The translations under genes and the position numbers were made by a program. Below are positions 17,891 to 27,609 of a stretch of 64,000 nt of DNA, piece after piece. The notes below the pieces were generated by a model. It ran no database searches. It was given only the letters and a program-made list of their open reading frames with translations, and had not been told where the DNA came from. Numbering within the stretch: position 1 is the stretch's first letter; each line of letters starts with the position of its first letter. Source of the DNA: a virus (taxonomy: Duplodnaviria; Caudoviricetes). The DNA lies in the IMG/VR virus record IMGVR_UViG_3300042256_000025. One strand, written 5' to 3'.

Positions 17891-20092
17891 TTATGCTGTG
17901 TTATAGATATTAACGTCAACCTCTTTCGAAAGTAGACGCGTTTTCTTTTTGTTTCTAAGGTAGATACCCATGGTTTCAAGTATAATCAAGAACCCGGCCA
18001 TCATCTCAGACTCAATGTGCTCGACGTTAATTACCTTCAGTATCTCCTCAGGTACCTTACCCCTTTGTAACCGCGAGCGAGGGATCAAAAAGTTACTGAA
18101 GCTGTTACGGCCCGTTGCCTTCGTGCCGCAGGTCGGACAGACGACATCCTTCTCTGACGTCTCCTCACACTGACAGCTATACGAAGCCGCTAGCCATTCG
18201 CGTAACCCCTCCTGCATCTCAGGCTCCAACGTCTCCATCCACTCTTTAAGCTTAACGGGTGAACCTAAGTCCACCGGGACCTTCACTGCCGCGTAAGGAG
18301 GGGGGTCAGCCACACCATAACGACAGGCAAAGACCTTATTCCAAAGATCATAGTGAACGTGGTTCGATTTCGATGCATTCTTATACGCCTTGGCGGCCTT
18401 TATCTGCATAGAGGCTAGATACGTGGACTCACCGGCCAGGATCGAGCGGTTAACCTCATGGGCGAGTGTAACGGGCACCCGAAGGGCCTCATACATCGTA
18501 GGGCGATTATTCGCCATAATGGAGTCCATGATCCATTTGATATAGTTACCCAGTGTATCGGTAATGATACTCGGAAGACGAGAGTTCTTAAGGTTCACGC
18601 CCTTCGAGTCAAACTCAGGTTCTGGGTAGACGTTACCCTCACAGGCACGAATGTATGAAAAGTAATGCTTCGCCATATTCGTAACGCCCAGTACCGGCTG
18701 ATAGAACTCAGACTTCATCGCCAGTCTAAAGAGCTTATCGTCTTTGACCCCTAAGTGTCTGGACAAGTGTGCCAGTACATGTTTAAGTACCTGAGAGTCA
18801 ATGTACGCCATTGCCCCCGCTACCGACATTCCTCGACGGGTAAAGTCATTTTGCCCGATGTACCAGACCACCCAGTCTTCGGTGGTAAAGATTGTGGAGT
18901 CGGTATCCGAGACCACTGCACAGTCCCTTAGGATCGTGGGTATGCTGTGTACACCATGCGGCATGTGGTCTGACTTAAGAAACGCATCGATGTAGAGCTG
19001 ATAATTAGTTAATGCCTCCTGTGTTTGTTTAATGGCCGCGCCATAGAGTTTATAACCCTCAGGGTTGTCCTTGGCCATATCGCCCACGGTTTTACCACTA
19101 AGCTCTTCGGACATCACCAAACCAATCATGGCGACCAAATCAGGATGTGCACCCTGTACATACGTATCAGGGTCCTCTACCCCCTCTAGAGGCTTCTCTA
19201 CCAACTGGCCGATGAAGGCGCGCATAAATCCTTCATTCACATCCCGCATGGCCCTAAGGTCATAGGTAAAGGCGACCACCGCCCGGTGCCAATCCTCCAT
19301 TTTATCAATAAAGACACTGACCTGTTCTATACCCTTAGGGGAGCGCCAGTAGCGACGACAGCTTTTAAAGATATGTGCCTTAAGATAGTCAGGGGTGGGG
19401 GCACTGAGTTTGTACGTGGCAAGTGCTTCCTTAACCAGTGTCTCATCAGCCAAACGAATCGAAGCGGCCATCTCAGATAAGGTAACCTCACTGCTATAAT
19501 AGTGGCGGTTCCCCATGAGCAGGCGTTCAGCTACCGCATTGGAGTAACTGGTTGCGCAGCGACAAATGGAGGTTAGGGTAGTATGTGCCGAGGCATTGTA
19601 AATCGGGTTATGTGGACTGGCGTGGGCACCCGAGATAGAGTTGTTCAGAATCTTGATGGTAGACTGCTGGTTGTTACAGAAGGTGGCCAGCTCCATGTTA
19701 CCCTCCATCTTGGCCTTTTGCCCTTCTTTCTTCACCTTAGAGCGCCGCTGAAGACCTTGATCGATAAAGTCAGGTAAGAACCCTAGTTTCTTATCAGGGT
19801 TTGAATACATGATGAGGTTAGGGCCCAGGATCCGGCCGGTGTGTTCGATCTCATTCAAGTAATTGGTTAACGGCTGCTTCTCTTTACGTCGATCTGGCGA
19901 ACCGTCTCTGCGGGCTAGGGTCTTGAGTACCGGCTCTTGAAACTGACTATTAGACTTTAACCACTCTAAAGCAACGTCCTTAGGCTTGCCCGACATGATG
20001 CTTAAATATTGCGCCATGTTTTCATGGTAGTTATTCAGTATATTAATGTCGCGCGTGTATTCTGACGGTGCGCGTACAAACGGATCTTTCAT
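17891..20092 (-). CDS. Divergent family-B DNA polymerase, polymerase subunit (phiKZ gp50-like)
   Basis: QSTIKILNNSISG (motif B), VSDTDSTIF (motif C), AKHYF and KGV motifs. Confidence 0.85.
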   Translation of the reverse strand: MKDPFVRAPSEYTRDINILNNYHENMAQYLSIMSGKPKDVALEWLKSNSQFQEPVLKTLARRDGSPDRRKEKQPLTNYLNEIEHTGRILGPNLIMYSNPDKKLGFLPDFIDQGLQRRSKVKKEGQKAKMEGNMELATFCNNQQSTIKILNNSISGAHASPHNPIYNASAHTTLTSICRCATSYSNAVAERLLMGNRHYYSSEVTLSEMAASIRLADETLVKEALATYKLSAPTPDYLKAHIFKSCRRYWRSPKGIEQVSVFIDKMEDWHRAVVAFTYDLRAMRDVNEGFMRAFIGQLVEKPLEGVEDPDTYVQGAHPDLVAMIGLVMSEELSGKTVGDMAKDNPEGYKLYGAAIKQTQEALTNYQLYIDAFLKSDHMPHGVHSIPTILRDCAVVSDTDSTIFTTEDWVVWYIGQNDFTRRGMSVAGAMAYIDSQVLKHVLAHLSRHLGVKDDKLFRLAMKSEFYQPVLGVTNMAKHYFSYIRACEGNVYPEPEFDSKGVNLKNSRLPSIITDTLGNYIKWIMDSIMANNRPTMYEALRVPVTLAHEVNRSILAGESTYLASMQIKAAKAYKNASKSNHVHYDLWNKVFACRYGVADPPPYAAVKVPVDLGSPVKLKEWMETLEPEMQEGLREWLAASYSCQCEETSEKDVVCPTCGTKATGRNSFSNFLIPRSRLQRGKVPEEILKVINVEHIESEMMAGFLIILETMGIYLRNKKKTRLLSKEVDVNIYNTA

Positions 20093-20290
20093 TAGACTTA
20101 CTCCAGACGTAAGGGTCGAGCAATCAATTCTACTACCCTATAGGGGCTACCAATCTAAATAGAAAAAAAAATAACCCCACTCCCGAAGGAGTGAGGGCGC
20201 CTAATATTAACGGCTAACCCACCGAGGTGGGACCTTTAACCAAGGGGTAAAGCATGTACATCTTCCACATGAGATAGGGATGGTGAGTAT

Positions 20291-20758
20291 TTATTCACTG
20301 ACTTCAATTCTATCGATCTTGTATCCGTTTGACAGTAGAAGGGCACGAATAGCTGTCGTATCAGGATCTCGAAAATCAGTCAGGGTAATGGTAGCTTTGG
20401 ACACTGTATTGACATACAGGGCGGATTCAATGATCCAAGCCTCTCCGACATACAGAATAGCGCCGTCGTTTGCCTTAATCATAAGGTAATTATAGGCGGT
20501 CCAGTCATCCGGATAAATAGCTTTAACGTTATCCGGCAAATGTCGATAGATATTGGCGTGATGAGTAGCTGCATCGGCGGATGGGGGGACTCCGTCACTG
20601 TTTAGACGGGCCAGTATCTTGCCTTCAATCTCAACACGACCCGACATAGTGCTGTACAGTGACATATGTACGTTGTCGTTAAGGGTGAGTTGGTGTATTG
20701 TGACGGCGTTTAACATGTTGTAATCTCCGTGTTCGCGCGGCGTAGGTACCGAGCGCAT
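20291..20758 (-). CDS. Conserved hypothetical protein
   Basis: HANIYRHLP and VGEAWI segments; directly upstream of the polymerase. Confidence 0.65.
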   Translation of the reverse strand: MRSVPTPREHGDYNMLNAVTIHQLTLNDNVHMSLYSTMSGRVEIEGKILARLNSDGVPPSADAATHHANIYRHLPDNVKAIYPDDWTAYNYLMIKANDGAILYVGEAWIIESALYVNTVSKATITLTDFRDPDTTAIRALLLSNGYKIDRIEVSE

Positions 20759-21023
20759 CGATGAACTTTAAAGTAGATAGATCAAGTTCAGCTTGATTCC
20801 ACTGATCAATGATCTCAATTAGGGGCTCTTGAAGGGAAAGTGGAAGAGCCTCTAGGGGCTCTAAATCACCATCATCCAAAGCTAGGACAATGTCCGTCAG
20901 TCGCTCTAACCCCTGTGCGATGATAAGGGGTGTGATGGGGATGTCAGGTGAGTCCTCTATTATCCACATCATAATGAGGGGCAGTATCTCGACCCGACGG
21001 TCTATTATAATTGTAGCCATCAT
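20679..21023 (-). CDS. Hypothetical protein
   Basis: 114 aa; part of an overlapping gene chain. Confidence 0.55.
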   Translation of the reverse strand: MMATIIIDRRVEILPLIMMWIIEDSPDIPITPLIIAQGLERLTDIVLALDDGDLEPLEALPLSLQEPLIEIIDQWNQAELDLSTLKFIDALGTYAARTRRLQHVKRRHNTPTHP

Positions 21024-21435
21024 CCGTCCTTATTAACAGACTATTGCCACCCAAGAGCTCTACCTGTAAAATAGGGGTCAGGTATATGGGGTGGTGTGGC
21101 GGTATCAGCTTGAGCTGCTCATATAACTCCGAGCAGAGTGTATGCAGGCAGTAGTATATCATCTCCTCCAAGTCACTGCGCCAGCCTTTATCGAGAAATG
21201 ACATTATATCATCGACATACGTATCCGATAAAATGGTGTCTACGACATCACCCACAATATCCTCATCCCACCCATGACTAATCGCCGCGGCTAAGTGCTC
21301 AACTGCACCGGGGAGGGGTTTAAATAAGTAATGGTACCAGCGATGGATGGTCGCGGGGTTAATACTTACCTCAGCTTGTAGTGGATATAGAAGATGATAG
21401 AGATGGGGTATGGATATAATTACAATTGTGCCCAT
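20944..21435 (-). CDS. Hypothetical protein
   Basis: 163 aa; RBS GGAGG. Confidence 0.6.
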   Translation of the reverse strand: MGTIVIISIPHLYHLLYPLQAEVSINPATIHRWYHYLFKPLPGAVEHLAAAISHGWDEDIVGDVVDTILSDTYVDDIMSFLDKGWRSDLEEMIYYCLHTLCSELYEQLKLIPPHHPIYLTPILQVELLGGNSLLIRTDDGYNYNRPSGRDTAPHYDVDNRGLT

Positions 21436-21449
21436 GGTAGCGCCCTCCG

Positions 21450-21878
21450 CTAAATGAATGACACGATGACAGTATTAGGCCCGATAATGGTTGCACGGGT
21501 AACGGGTTTACCTAAATACGGCATAATTAACGCCTCTTGCGGGTACTCAAACCCGGCAATTAGCTCCATTAACCATTCCTGTATAACGTCATAGTCTAAC
21601 ATAAAAAGGGCCTCACGAATAACCCTGCCCTGGTCTGACTCTAAAAGATGGGTGGCGAGTATATCAGTTGACTGCAGTCCGTTTGGACGCCATCGACCGA
21701 TAACGTCTACTGATAAAAGGTGGTTATAAAGGATAGGTAATATACCCCCCACTACCGGATGGTAGTGGGGGTCTATGGTGTTTTCCTCTATACCGTAATG
21801 CGTGAGTATCAGGCTATGGTAGCCTCTCATTGGACCCTCCTGCCCAATACGGGTTATCAACTGTAAGGTTTGGCACAA
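21450..21878 (-). CDS. Hypothetical protein
   Basis: Likely start MRGYH after GGAGG. Confidence 0.6.
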   Translation of the reverse strand: MCQTLQLITRIGQEGPMRGYHSLILTHYGIEENTIDPHYHPVVGGILPILYNHLLSVDVIGRWRPNGLQSTDILATHLLESDQGRVIREALFMLDYDVIQEWLMELIAGFEYPQEALIMPYLGKPVTRATIIGPNTVIVSFI

Positions 21879-22257
21879 TGTTAATAGCTACTGTAGATGG
21901 CGGCACTAACGAGACACTTTGTTCCTCATGTATATAAATCGACATAGGGACTGGTACGATGCTGTTTTTAACCGCCTCCAGTATCTCGTAGGCCACCGAC
22001 TCCCATTGGTAGGCACGGGTACAAACGTCACAGTCATGACACCCGCACTCTAGCGTCGGCATGTGACCCATCCAATCGCTGTCCAGTACGTACGTAACCA
22101 CATCGTCCATCCGTGCATCCGGATCCTGCTCAGCCAAATAAAAGAGCGCATACAGGTCTTCGGCCAATGCCATGAAGTCGGTACCCGCCTGCAAGACTTG
22201 TGGCGGTATGGGCTGGCGATGTATTATTAGTCGTGCCATATTCATGCGTGCCCCCAA
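21814..22257 (-). CDS. Hypothetical protein with CxCxxCxxC cluster
   Basis: ECGCHDCDVC. Confidence 0.6.
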   Translation of the reverse strand: MGARMNMARLIIHRQPIPPQVLQAGTDFMALAEDLYALFYLAEQDPDARMDDVVTYVLDSDWMGHMPTLECGCHDCDVCTRAYQWESVAYEILEAVKNSIVPVPMSIYIHEEQSVSLVPPSTVAINIVPNLTVDNPYWAGGSNERLP

Positions 22258-22649
22258 CCGGTATTATGGGTAGGTACAATAGGCTGTCGAATAGGGGGGT
22301 CTGGCCACCATTTAATGACACCTGTCCCCTGCGATAGCCACTCGACCACATAAGTATGGTTCCACTGAGGAGCACCTACGGTGGACTGCAACAATGCATC
22401 TACCGCATCATAGAGTCGCTTCTCTATATAGCTTCGGTAATCTGTTGGTACGGACAGTGTGATCATTACATCCGTAAGGGGATCATTACAATGGGTACGG
22501 AACATAGAACCGTAAAGCTGACAATCCACCTCATGACGTACGATGTCACAGGTATCGACCACCGAAGCAGCTGTATCGAACTGAATAAGCCAATCTGACA
22601 AAGCCTTAGCTGTAGGCACTACACCTATTATTCCGCACCCTTCACTCAT
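22242..22649 (-). CDS. Hypothetical protein
   Basis: TAATG coupling to the upstream gene. Confidence 0.6.
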   Translation of the reverse strand: MSEGCGIIGVVPTAKALSDWLIQFDTAASVVDTCDIVRHEVDCQLYGSMFRTHCNDPLTDVMITLSVPTDYRSYIEKRLYDAVDALLQSTVGAPQWNHTYVVEWLSQGTGVIKWWPDPPIRQPIVPTHNTGWGHA

Positions 22650-23305
22650 TACTCACCTCGCATTCGATGCCAGTCCTGTATGCGATAGTCCCCATCGTAA
22701 ATTAATACGTGGAGCTTGCCCGCTAGATGCAGGCTCCACACGTCGTATGGATTCTCACTACGCACACGGTGTAAGGCACCGTTCAAATGGTAGATTGGCT
22801 CAATGTCGTCAAAGAAACACAGGATTTCTTCTATCTGACGGACAATGTCCTCTTCTGATTCGGAAGGTTTGTTAAAGTTAATATCCTCACCCGACAACTG
22901 TCGAACCAGTTCTGCCATTTGAACAGGGCTGACCTTCGCTTTCGAGAGCACCTGTTGTAAACCAAAGCTGGGACCATTTTGAATATAGTCCTCTATGGCC
23001 GCCAGGAGAATGGCGTCCTCCATTACATTGCGGTAGGTGCCGGTCTCCACATAGCTCTTCGCCAATGCCCCCCGTACCTTAGCCACCACATGGTCACGGG
23101 TGTATTCTGGTACGGTCCACCCCATCACTCGGGCGAGCGGTGCCTCGATGACATCACGTACATGGGCAACGACGAGGTTATAGCAGAAGACTTTATCGTA
23201 GTTAAGGTTCGGGATGAGACCCGCTTTAGCGCCCCCCACAAAATAGCTGTGTAACAGGGCGCCATAGCGGTTAAGGTCTAAAATAACACGTTTGTTCTCA
23301 GACAT
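22649..23305 (-). CDS. Conserved hypothetical protein
   Basis: 218 aa; C-terminal GDYRIQDW. Confidence 0.65.
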   Translation of the reverse strand: MSENKRVILDLNRYGALLHSYFVGGAKAGLIPNLNYDKVFCYNLVVAHVRDVIEAPLARVMGWTVPEYTRDHVVAKVRGALAKSYVETGTYRNVMEDAILLAAIEDYIQNGPSFGLQQVLSKAKVSPVQMAELVRQLSGEDINFNKPSESEEDIVRQIEEILCFFDDIEPIYHLNGALHRVRSENPYDVWSLHLAGKLHVLIYDGDYRIQDWHRMRGE

Positions 23306-23327
23306 ACGTCTATCCTTGATACGTCAC

Positions 23328-23741
23328 TCATCGTCGAATGATTGCAGTGGGTGAATGGGCTAGGATCAATGCAACGTCGCCTGGTCCTAGGATCTCAACA
23401 TCAAATCCTAGACTAGCCGCGGCCTCGCCGAACTCAGGAGTAGGCGAGAGTGCACGATAGAGGTCGCTGGAGTATTCCTCCAAAGCACGGTTAATGGATA
23501 CTTCCATCTCCAGACAAGGTGGGCGATAGCGGGTCGGTAAGTAGGTAAGCAAGAACATGTCTTCTAATCTACGCCCCAGCCAGTACCGGTAGAGGTCCAT
23601 AACACTATTACCTCGATCATCCTGAGGCTCTACCATCGTAAAGTCTCTAACCTGCAAACAGGCATGGATGATTTCCCGTATGTCCCGATCTACACTGCGA
23701 TCAAAATGATGAATAATCGTAGTAAAGGGAAGCTTACTCAC
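23328..23741 (-). CDS. Hypothetical protein
   Basis: GTG start with RBS AAGGAG. Confidence 0.6.
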   Translation of the reverse strand: MSKLPFTTIIHHFDRSVDRDIREIIHACLQVRDFTMVEPQDDRGNSVMDLYRYWLGRRLEDMFLLTYLPTRYRPPCLEMEVSINRALEEYSSDLYRALSPTPEFGEAAASLGFDVEILGPGDVALILAHSPTAIIRR

Positions 23742-23789
23742 ACCAAGCTCCTTCGTTAAAGAGGGGGAGAGACTCCCCCTGCACCCTAT

Positions 23790-24851
23790 TTAGAACACCA
23801 TACCACTGTCGTCCGTAGTACGGTCACCCTTATCCATTACCTGATGAACCCCAACGGGTGTAGCACTGGCCAGTGACGCCCGCACACTGTCGTAGCCACG
23901 GATTGCCATTTCGACGCCCCCCATAATTTGACCAATGCGACTGGCAGAGGTTGCGAAATGGAAGTTAGGCATATCCTTAGTGCCCCAGACTTTACCGTCG
24001 TAGTATCCGACACAACTATACGGCTGACCCAATGACGGAATCTCATCCCCATCACTGTTGAGCAATGACGCTGTCGAAATAACGGCACCGTCCAAGGCCG
24101 TAATATCGATACCCTGCCATTCGGGTTTACCACCAAATGTCTGTTTAAAGGGCAAAACCTCAATCAACTGAGATGGGATGTCCGCATGGTTGCGGCTATG
24201 GTCCAACCAGTTTACCAGGTCAGTGTGGTCCAGCTCATGGTGACTGCCACAGAACAAGAGACCCAGCTGACGTACGATCTCCTCGACACGATTATCGATA
24301 TCAGGACGAGAGCCCAGGTACCCATCATTGCCGCGATTATCACTGGCCGCGTTTTCCTGATAGATCATCATAATCGGCCGATTGTTGGTAGCCTTACCCA
24401 TGGCCATAGACTGCAAGGTTTCCAGGGTACGCAGGGTATTCTTGGCCTCAATACCTGAATAGGTACTGCCCACCACCAGCGTAATGACGTTAGCGCCACG
24501 ACGCAGTAGTTCAGCTGTCACCAAAGGACCTACCACAGAACCGCTGCCACCTGATGCAGAGAACATAACCAGGTTGTAATCAGACGGTTTGTGCTCCACC
24601 AACATGTTGTTGACGTGATCGTTCACGCCCTCGAAAGCTTGCTGGCGCTTCTTACCCGCGCCACGCAGACCCGGTACCAAGAAGGTTTTAATATCATCAC
24701 CCAGATCACGGATGTTTGAATCCGAGGTATCCAGCGCATATTTTCGCACAGTGGGATAGTAAGACACCTCAGTATCCTGAGGCAGACGAACAAAATCTTT
24801 GAGTAAGTTAATACCTGCACCGCCGCAGGCATAGATTGACATTGTGGACAT
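23790..24851 (-). CDS. phuZ: Phage tubulin PhuZ
   Basis: IYACGGAGINL, LDTSDSN, GAGKKR and SGGSGSVVGP tubulin/FtsZ signatures; ELDHTDL T7 loop. Confidence 0.93.
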   Translation of the reverse strand: MSTMSIYACGGAGINLLKDFVRLPQDTEVSYYPTVRKYALDTSDSNIRDLGDDIKTFLVPGLRGAGKKRQQAFEGVNDHVNNMLVEHKPSDYNLVMFSASGGSGSVVGPLVTAELLRRGANVITLVVGSTYSGIEAKNTLRTLETLQSMAMGKATNNRPIMMIYQENAASDNRGNDGYLGSRPDIDNRVEEIVRQLGLLFCGSHHELDHTDLVNWLDHSRNHADIPSQLIEVLPFKQTFGGKPEWQGIDITALDGAVISTASLLNSDGDEIPSLGQPYSCVGYYDGKVWGTKDMPNFHFATSASRIGQIMGGVEMAIRGYDSVRASLASATPVGVHQVMDKGDRTTDDSGMVF

Positions 24852-24910
24852 GTGTTTTCCTCTTGGTTAATGGTTACAGGGCTCCGCCCTTATACGATAA
24901 GGGTAGGCCC

Positions 24911-25201
24911 TTATTTTTTAGACGTTTTCGTTACCCAGCCCAAAGGCATACGAGATGCCTCGATATCCGCCAATCGTGTACGGTAGGCGGCCAGCAAATT
25001 GCCTACTGGATACAGGTACCGATTGGCCTGTAGGCTCTTAATCTGACGGTTACTGTCCGTATACAGATTGAGGTAATTGTTGCGCTCCAGAATGCGCTCT
25101 ACTACCAGTGCCATACGACTGTCGTCTTTAAACTTCTGAAGATGTGCCAGACACTCCTCATAGGTTTCCAGTCGTTTGTCGCCTGCAATATTCAAGTACA
25201 T
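24911..25201 (-). CDS. Hypothetical early protein
   Basis: 96 aa; behind the promoter at 25267. Confidence 0.6.
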   Translation of the reverse strand: MYLNIAGDKRLETYEECLAHLQKFKDDSRMALVVERILERNNYLNLYTDSNRQIKSLQANRYLYPVGNLLAAYRTRLADIEASRMPLGWVTKTSKK

Positions 25202-25266
25202 AGTCTCTTCCTTCTGTCTACATTGAATAGGTGGTTATTGCGTAGATTAATTCTACTGGCTTAAGG

Positions 25267-25276
25267 GTAATATAGG
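25267..25276 (-). promoter_or_regulatory. Early promoter CCTATATTAC (phuZ operon)
   Basis: Motif copy. Confidence 0.8.
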
Positions 25277-25339
25277 TTTTCCTTAGAAACCATTGACCTG
25301 AGTCGATCCTATGACACGTGACAATATTAAGGGACCCTT

Positions 25340-26077
25340 ATGGCAAACATGGTAACATATGCGGTAAGCCGCATCATGCGAGAGATTCCGCACGAGGTGC
25401 TCTATCAGGCCTTTGGCTCGAATGAGTGGTATAACTACCTTAACCAACTCAGTATTGAAGAGCGTATTCGACGAGAAGTGATTAACGGCATCGTACTGCC
25501 TGATTGCAATATTGTAGGCGGTGAGTCCTACGTTGTGAACTTGGGTGGACTGGTATGGCAATGGTTAGAGAACGGTGCACGTATTGAAATTCCAATGTCA
25601 ATGACATTGAATCGCCCTATTTCGTCCGTATTGTCAATTGAGACGACCTATCGTAACTCTGAGCCCTATGGCAGCATGCCTGGACAACCCGGGCCAACCG
25701 GTCTGAACGAAGTGTACCTCGTGGGCCCTAACGTTATCTTTACACCGATTAACCCCGGTAACCTCAATTGCTTCTTGCGCTGTATACTCGAAAACGACGA
25801 ACAATTGACAAACATTAGCCAGAAGGCAATGTATGTATTTGGGGACCTCGCTGTATTGGCTGCAAAGATGTATGTTTATAATAAGTTATCGGTTAGTACC
25901 ACAATCACGGCGATGACCGGCGGTCAAGTGGATGGTCGGCTGCGGGGTATTATCGATGGGTATAGTGATGCGGCGCAGATGTACGGTGAGCTGCTACAGC
26001 GACGTATTAAAAAGATCTCGATGATGCAGGATCGAAAATGGCACCATCGCTTTATTGGCATGGGGCTAAACGATTAA
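25340..26077 (+). CDS. Conserved jumbo-phage protein, probably virion structural
   Basis: REIPHEVL, VLPDCNIVGG and LAAKMYVYN segments. Confidence 0.65.
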   Translation: MANMVTYAVSRIMREIPHEVLYQAFGSNEWYNYLNQLSIEERIRREVINGIVLPDCNIVGGESYVVNLGGLVWQWLENGARIEIPMSMTLNRPISSVLSIETTYRNSEPYGSMPGQPGPTGLNEVYLVGPNVIFTPINPGNLNCFLRCILENDEQLTNISQKAMYVFGDLAVLAAKMYVYNKLSVSTTITAMTGGQVDGRLRGIIDGYSDAAQMYGELLQRRIKKISMMQDRKWHHRFIGMGLND

Positions 26078-26080
26078 GGA

Positions 26081-27175
26081 TTGACTATGTACAGTTCAGA
26101 TGTTGAATTTAACCGTTGTGTAGATGAGTTGACGTGGTTAACGGATACTTTACCAGGTCTTGTGGAGTTAGGCATAAAGGGTGATGCTGACTCTCCGGTG
26201 GTACGTGCCGTGGAGACCAGCTTAGGGATAGAGGGACTTAAAGATTGGCTGGAGGATGCCGCAGATGCAATCATTGCCCTACTGCGTCGATTAAAGGAGT
26301 GGTTTCTAAAGCTGGTAGATCATGCATTGGGTAGAGCCTCCCGTAACAGACGTAAACAAAAGACACAGGAAGCGGACCTCAATAAACGGGACGAGACGAT
26401 CACTGCAAGGGCCACGACGGACAGTGGAGAAACGCAGGATATCGATGACGTCCGTAAGACCATTGAGGCGATGGAAGCTGAGATTGATCTACTTAAAGAG
26501 GCCCAGGCACTTCAGTCGGACATTATTGTGGAGATGACTAAAGACCTTAAACTGGCTATGGAGGACATTAAGCGCACAGGCCATCCGGTTGTACGGGATA
26601 AAGCTAAGGCACTTACGTCTGAGCGAGTTGAGCGTATGATGGACCGTGACCTCTTGAGGGGTAAGAAGCCTTATCGTGTACAAAAACATGCCAATGGGCT
26701 AGTAACCGAGTTTATTATACTTTACGGCATGGGTAAGAAGTTTAAGGTTGCATTGATCACACGTGATGGCCCTTATCTTGTGAAGTATGAAGAGAAATGG
26801 GTGAGTCGGGACATGGATCCCAAGTTACCAGAGCCGGTAGGCTATGCAACAAACACTGTAATGGCGCTTAAACGCTGTAACAGGGCCATAGAGCGCTATC
26901 TAAAGGCAGCTGAGCGTGCTGGTGTAAATGAGGACACACGTCGTCAAATGGAAGCACATACCAAAGTAGTGGAGGAGCTGACCGAGCGCTTTAAACAGTT
27001 AGCGAAAGACTATGAACTGGATGGTGAGGTGCGGACACAATTTAACGCTAAACTAAATGAAGTCAGCACTAGAATTACCGAACTTGCACAGCGCGCAGCC
27101 ACCCACGTCGATGGCGATCAGAAAGCTATTGCTGAAGTACTGCGTACAATAGACGAGTTAGCGGAAGTATATTAA
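26081..27175 (+). CDS. Putative internal head protein
   Basis: Helical/coiled-coil; SLGIE|GLKDW resembles the S/A/G-X-E prohead-protease sites of phiKZ head proteins. Confidence 0.5.
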   Translation: MTMYSSDVEFNRCVDELTWLTDTLPGLVELGIKGDADSPVVRAVETSLGIEGLKDWLEDAADAIIALLRRLKEWFLKLVDHALGRASRNRRKQKTQEADLNKRDETITARATTDSGETQDIDDVRKTIEAMEAEIDLLKEAQALQSDIIVEMTKDLKLAMEDIKRTGHPVVRDKAKALTSERVERMMDRDLLRGKKPYRVQKHANGLVTEFIILYGMGKKFKVALITRDGPYLVKYEEKWVSRDMDPKLPEPVGYATNTVMALKRCNRAIERYLKAAERAGVNEDTRRQMEAHTKVVEELTERFKQLAKDYELDGEVRTQFNAKLNEVSTRITELAQRAATHVDGDQKAIAEVLRTIDELAEVY

Positions 27176-27210
27176 AGCCCACACTCCCTCCGATCGGAGG
27201 GAGTGTGTCT

Positions 27211-27609
27211 TTATGCGGTGAACATAGTGATGGGGCGTAATGCGTAGTCTAGCCCTGCCCTGCTAACGAGTCCAGGATAGTAGACAGGGTGAAGCCAGTT
27301 AACCGAGGTCGTGTCAGTGGGCCACTCGACGACGTAGTGGCTAGTGACCCCACTGGGGTAGATATATTTCGTTATGCGCTTAGGGGCAAGGCGATTACCC
27401 GGTGGTTCACCCCTTCGCGTTGCCTTCTCCATCATGATTAGCCTACGGTTCACCCAGACGTGTTTACGGATAGCCTGTCTCCGGTACCGCCTAACATAGT
27501 AGGTGACTATAACCGCATCCAGTGTAAACCGATGCCGTAATAAGAACGCACCGTCCGCTAAGAGGTACCGAAGGGCGAGAATGAGGCGATTAAAAATCAA
27601 ACCCATCAT
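27211..27609 (-). CDS. Hypothetical basic protein
   Basis: 132 aa; overlaps the end of nrdB. Confidence 0.45.
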   Translation of the reverse strand: MMGLIFNRLILALRYLLADGAFLLRHRFTLDAVIVTYYVRRYRRQAIRKHVWVNRRLIMMEKATRRGEPPGNRLAPKRITKYIYPSGVTSHYVVEWPTDTTSVNWLHPVYYPGLVSRAGLDYALRPITMFTA

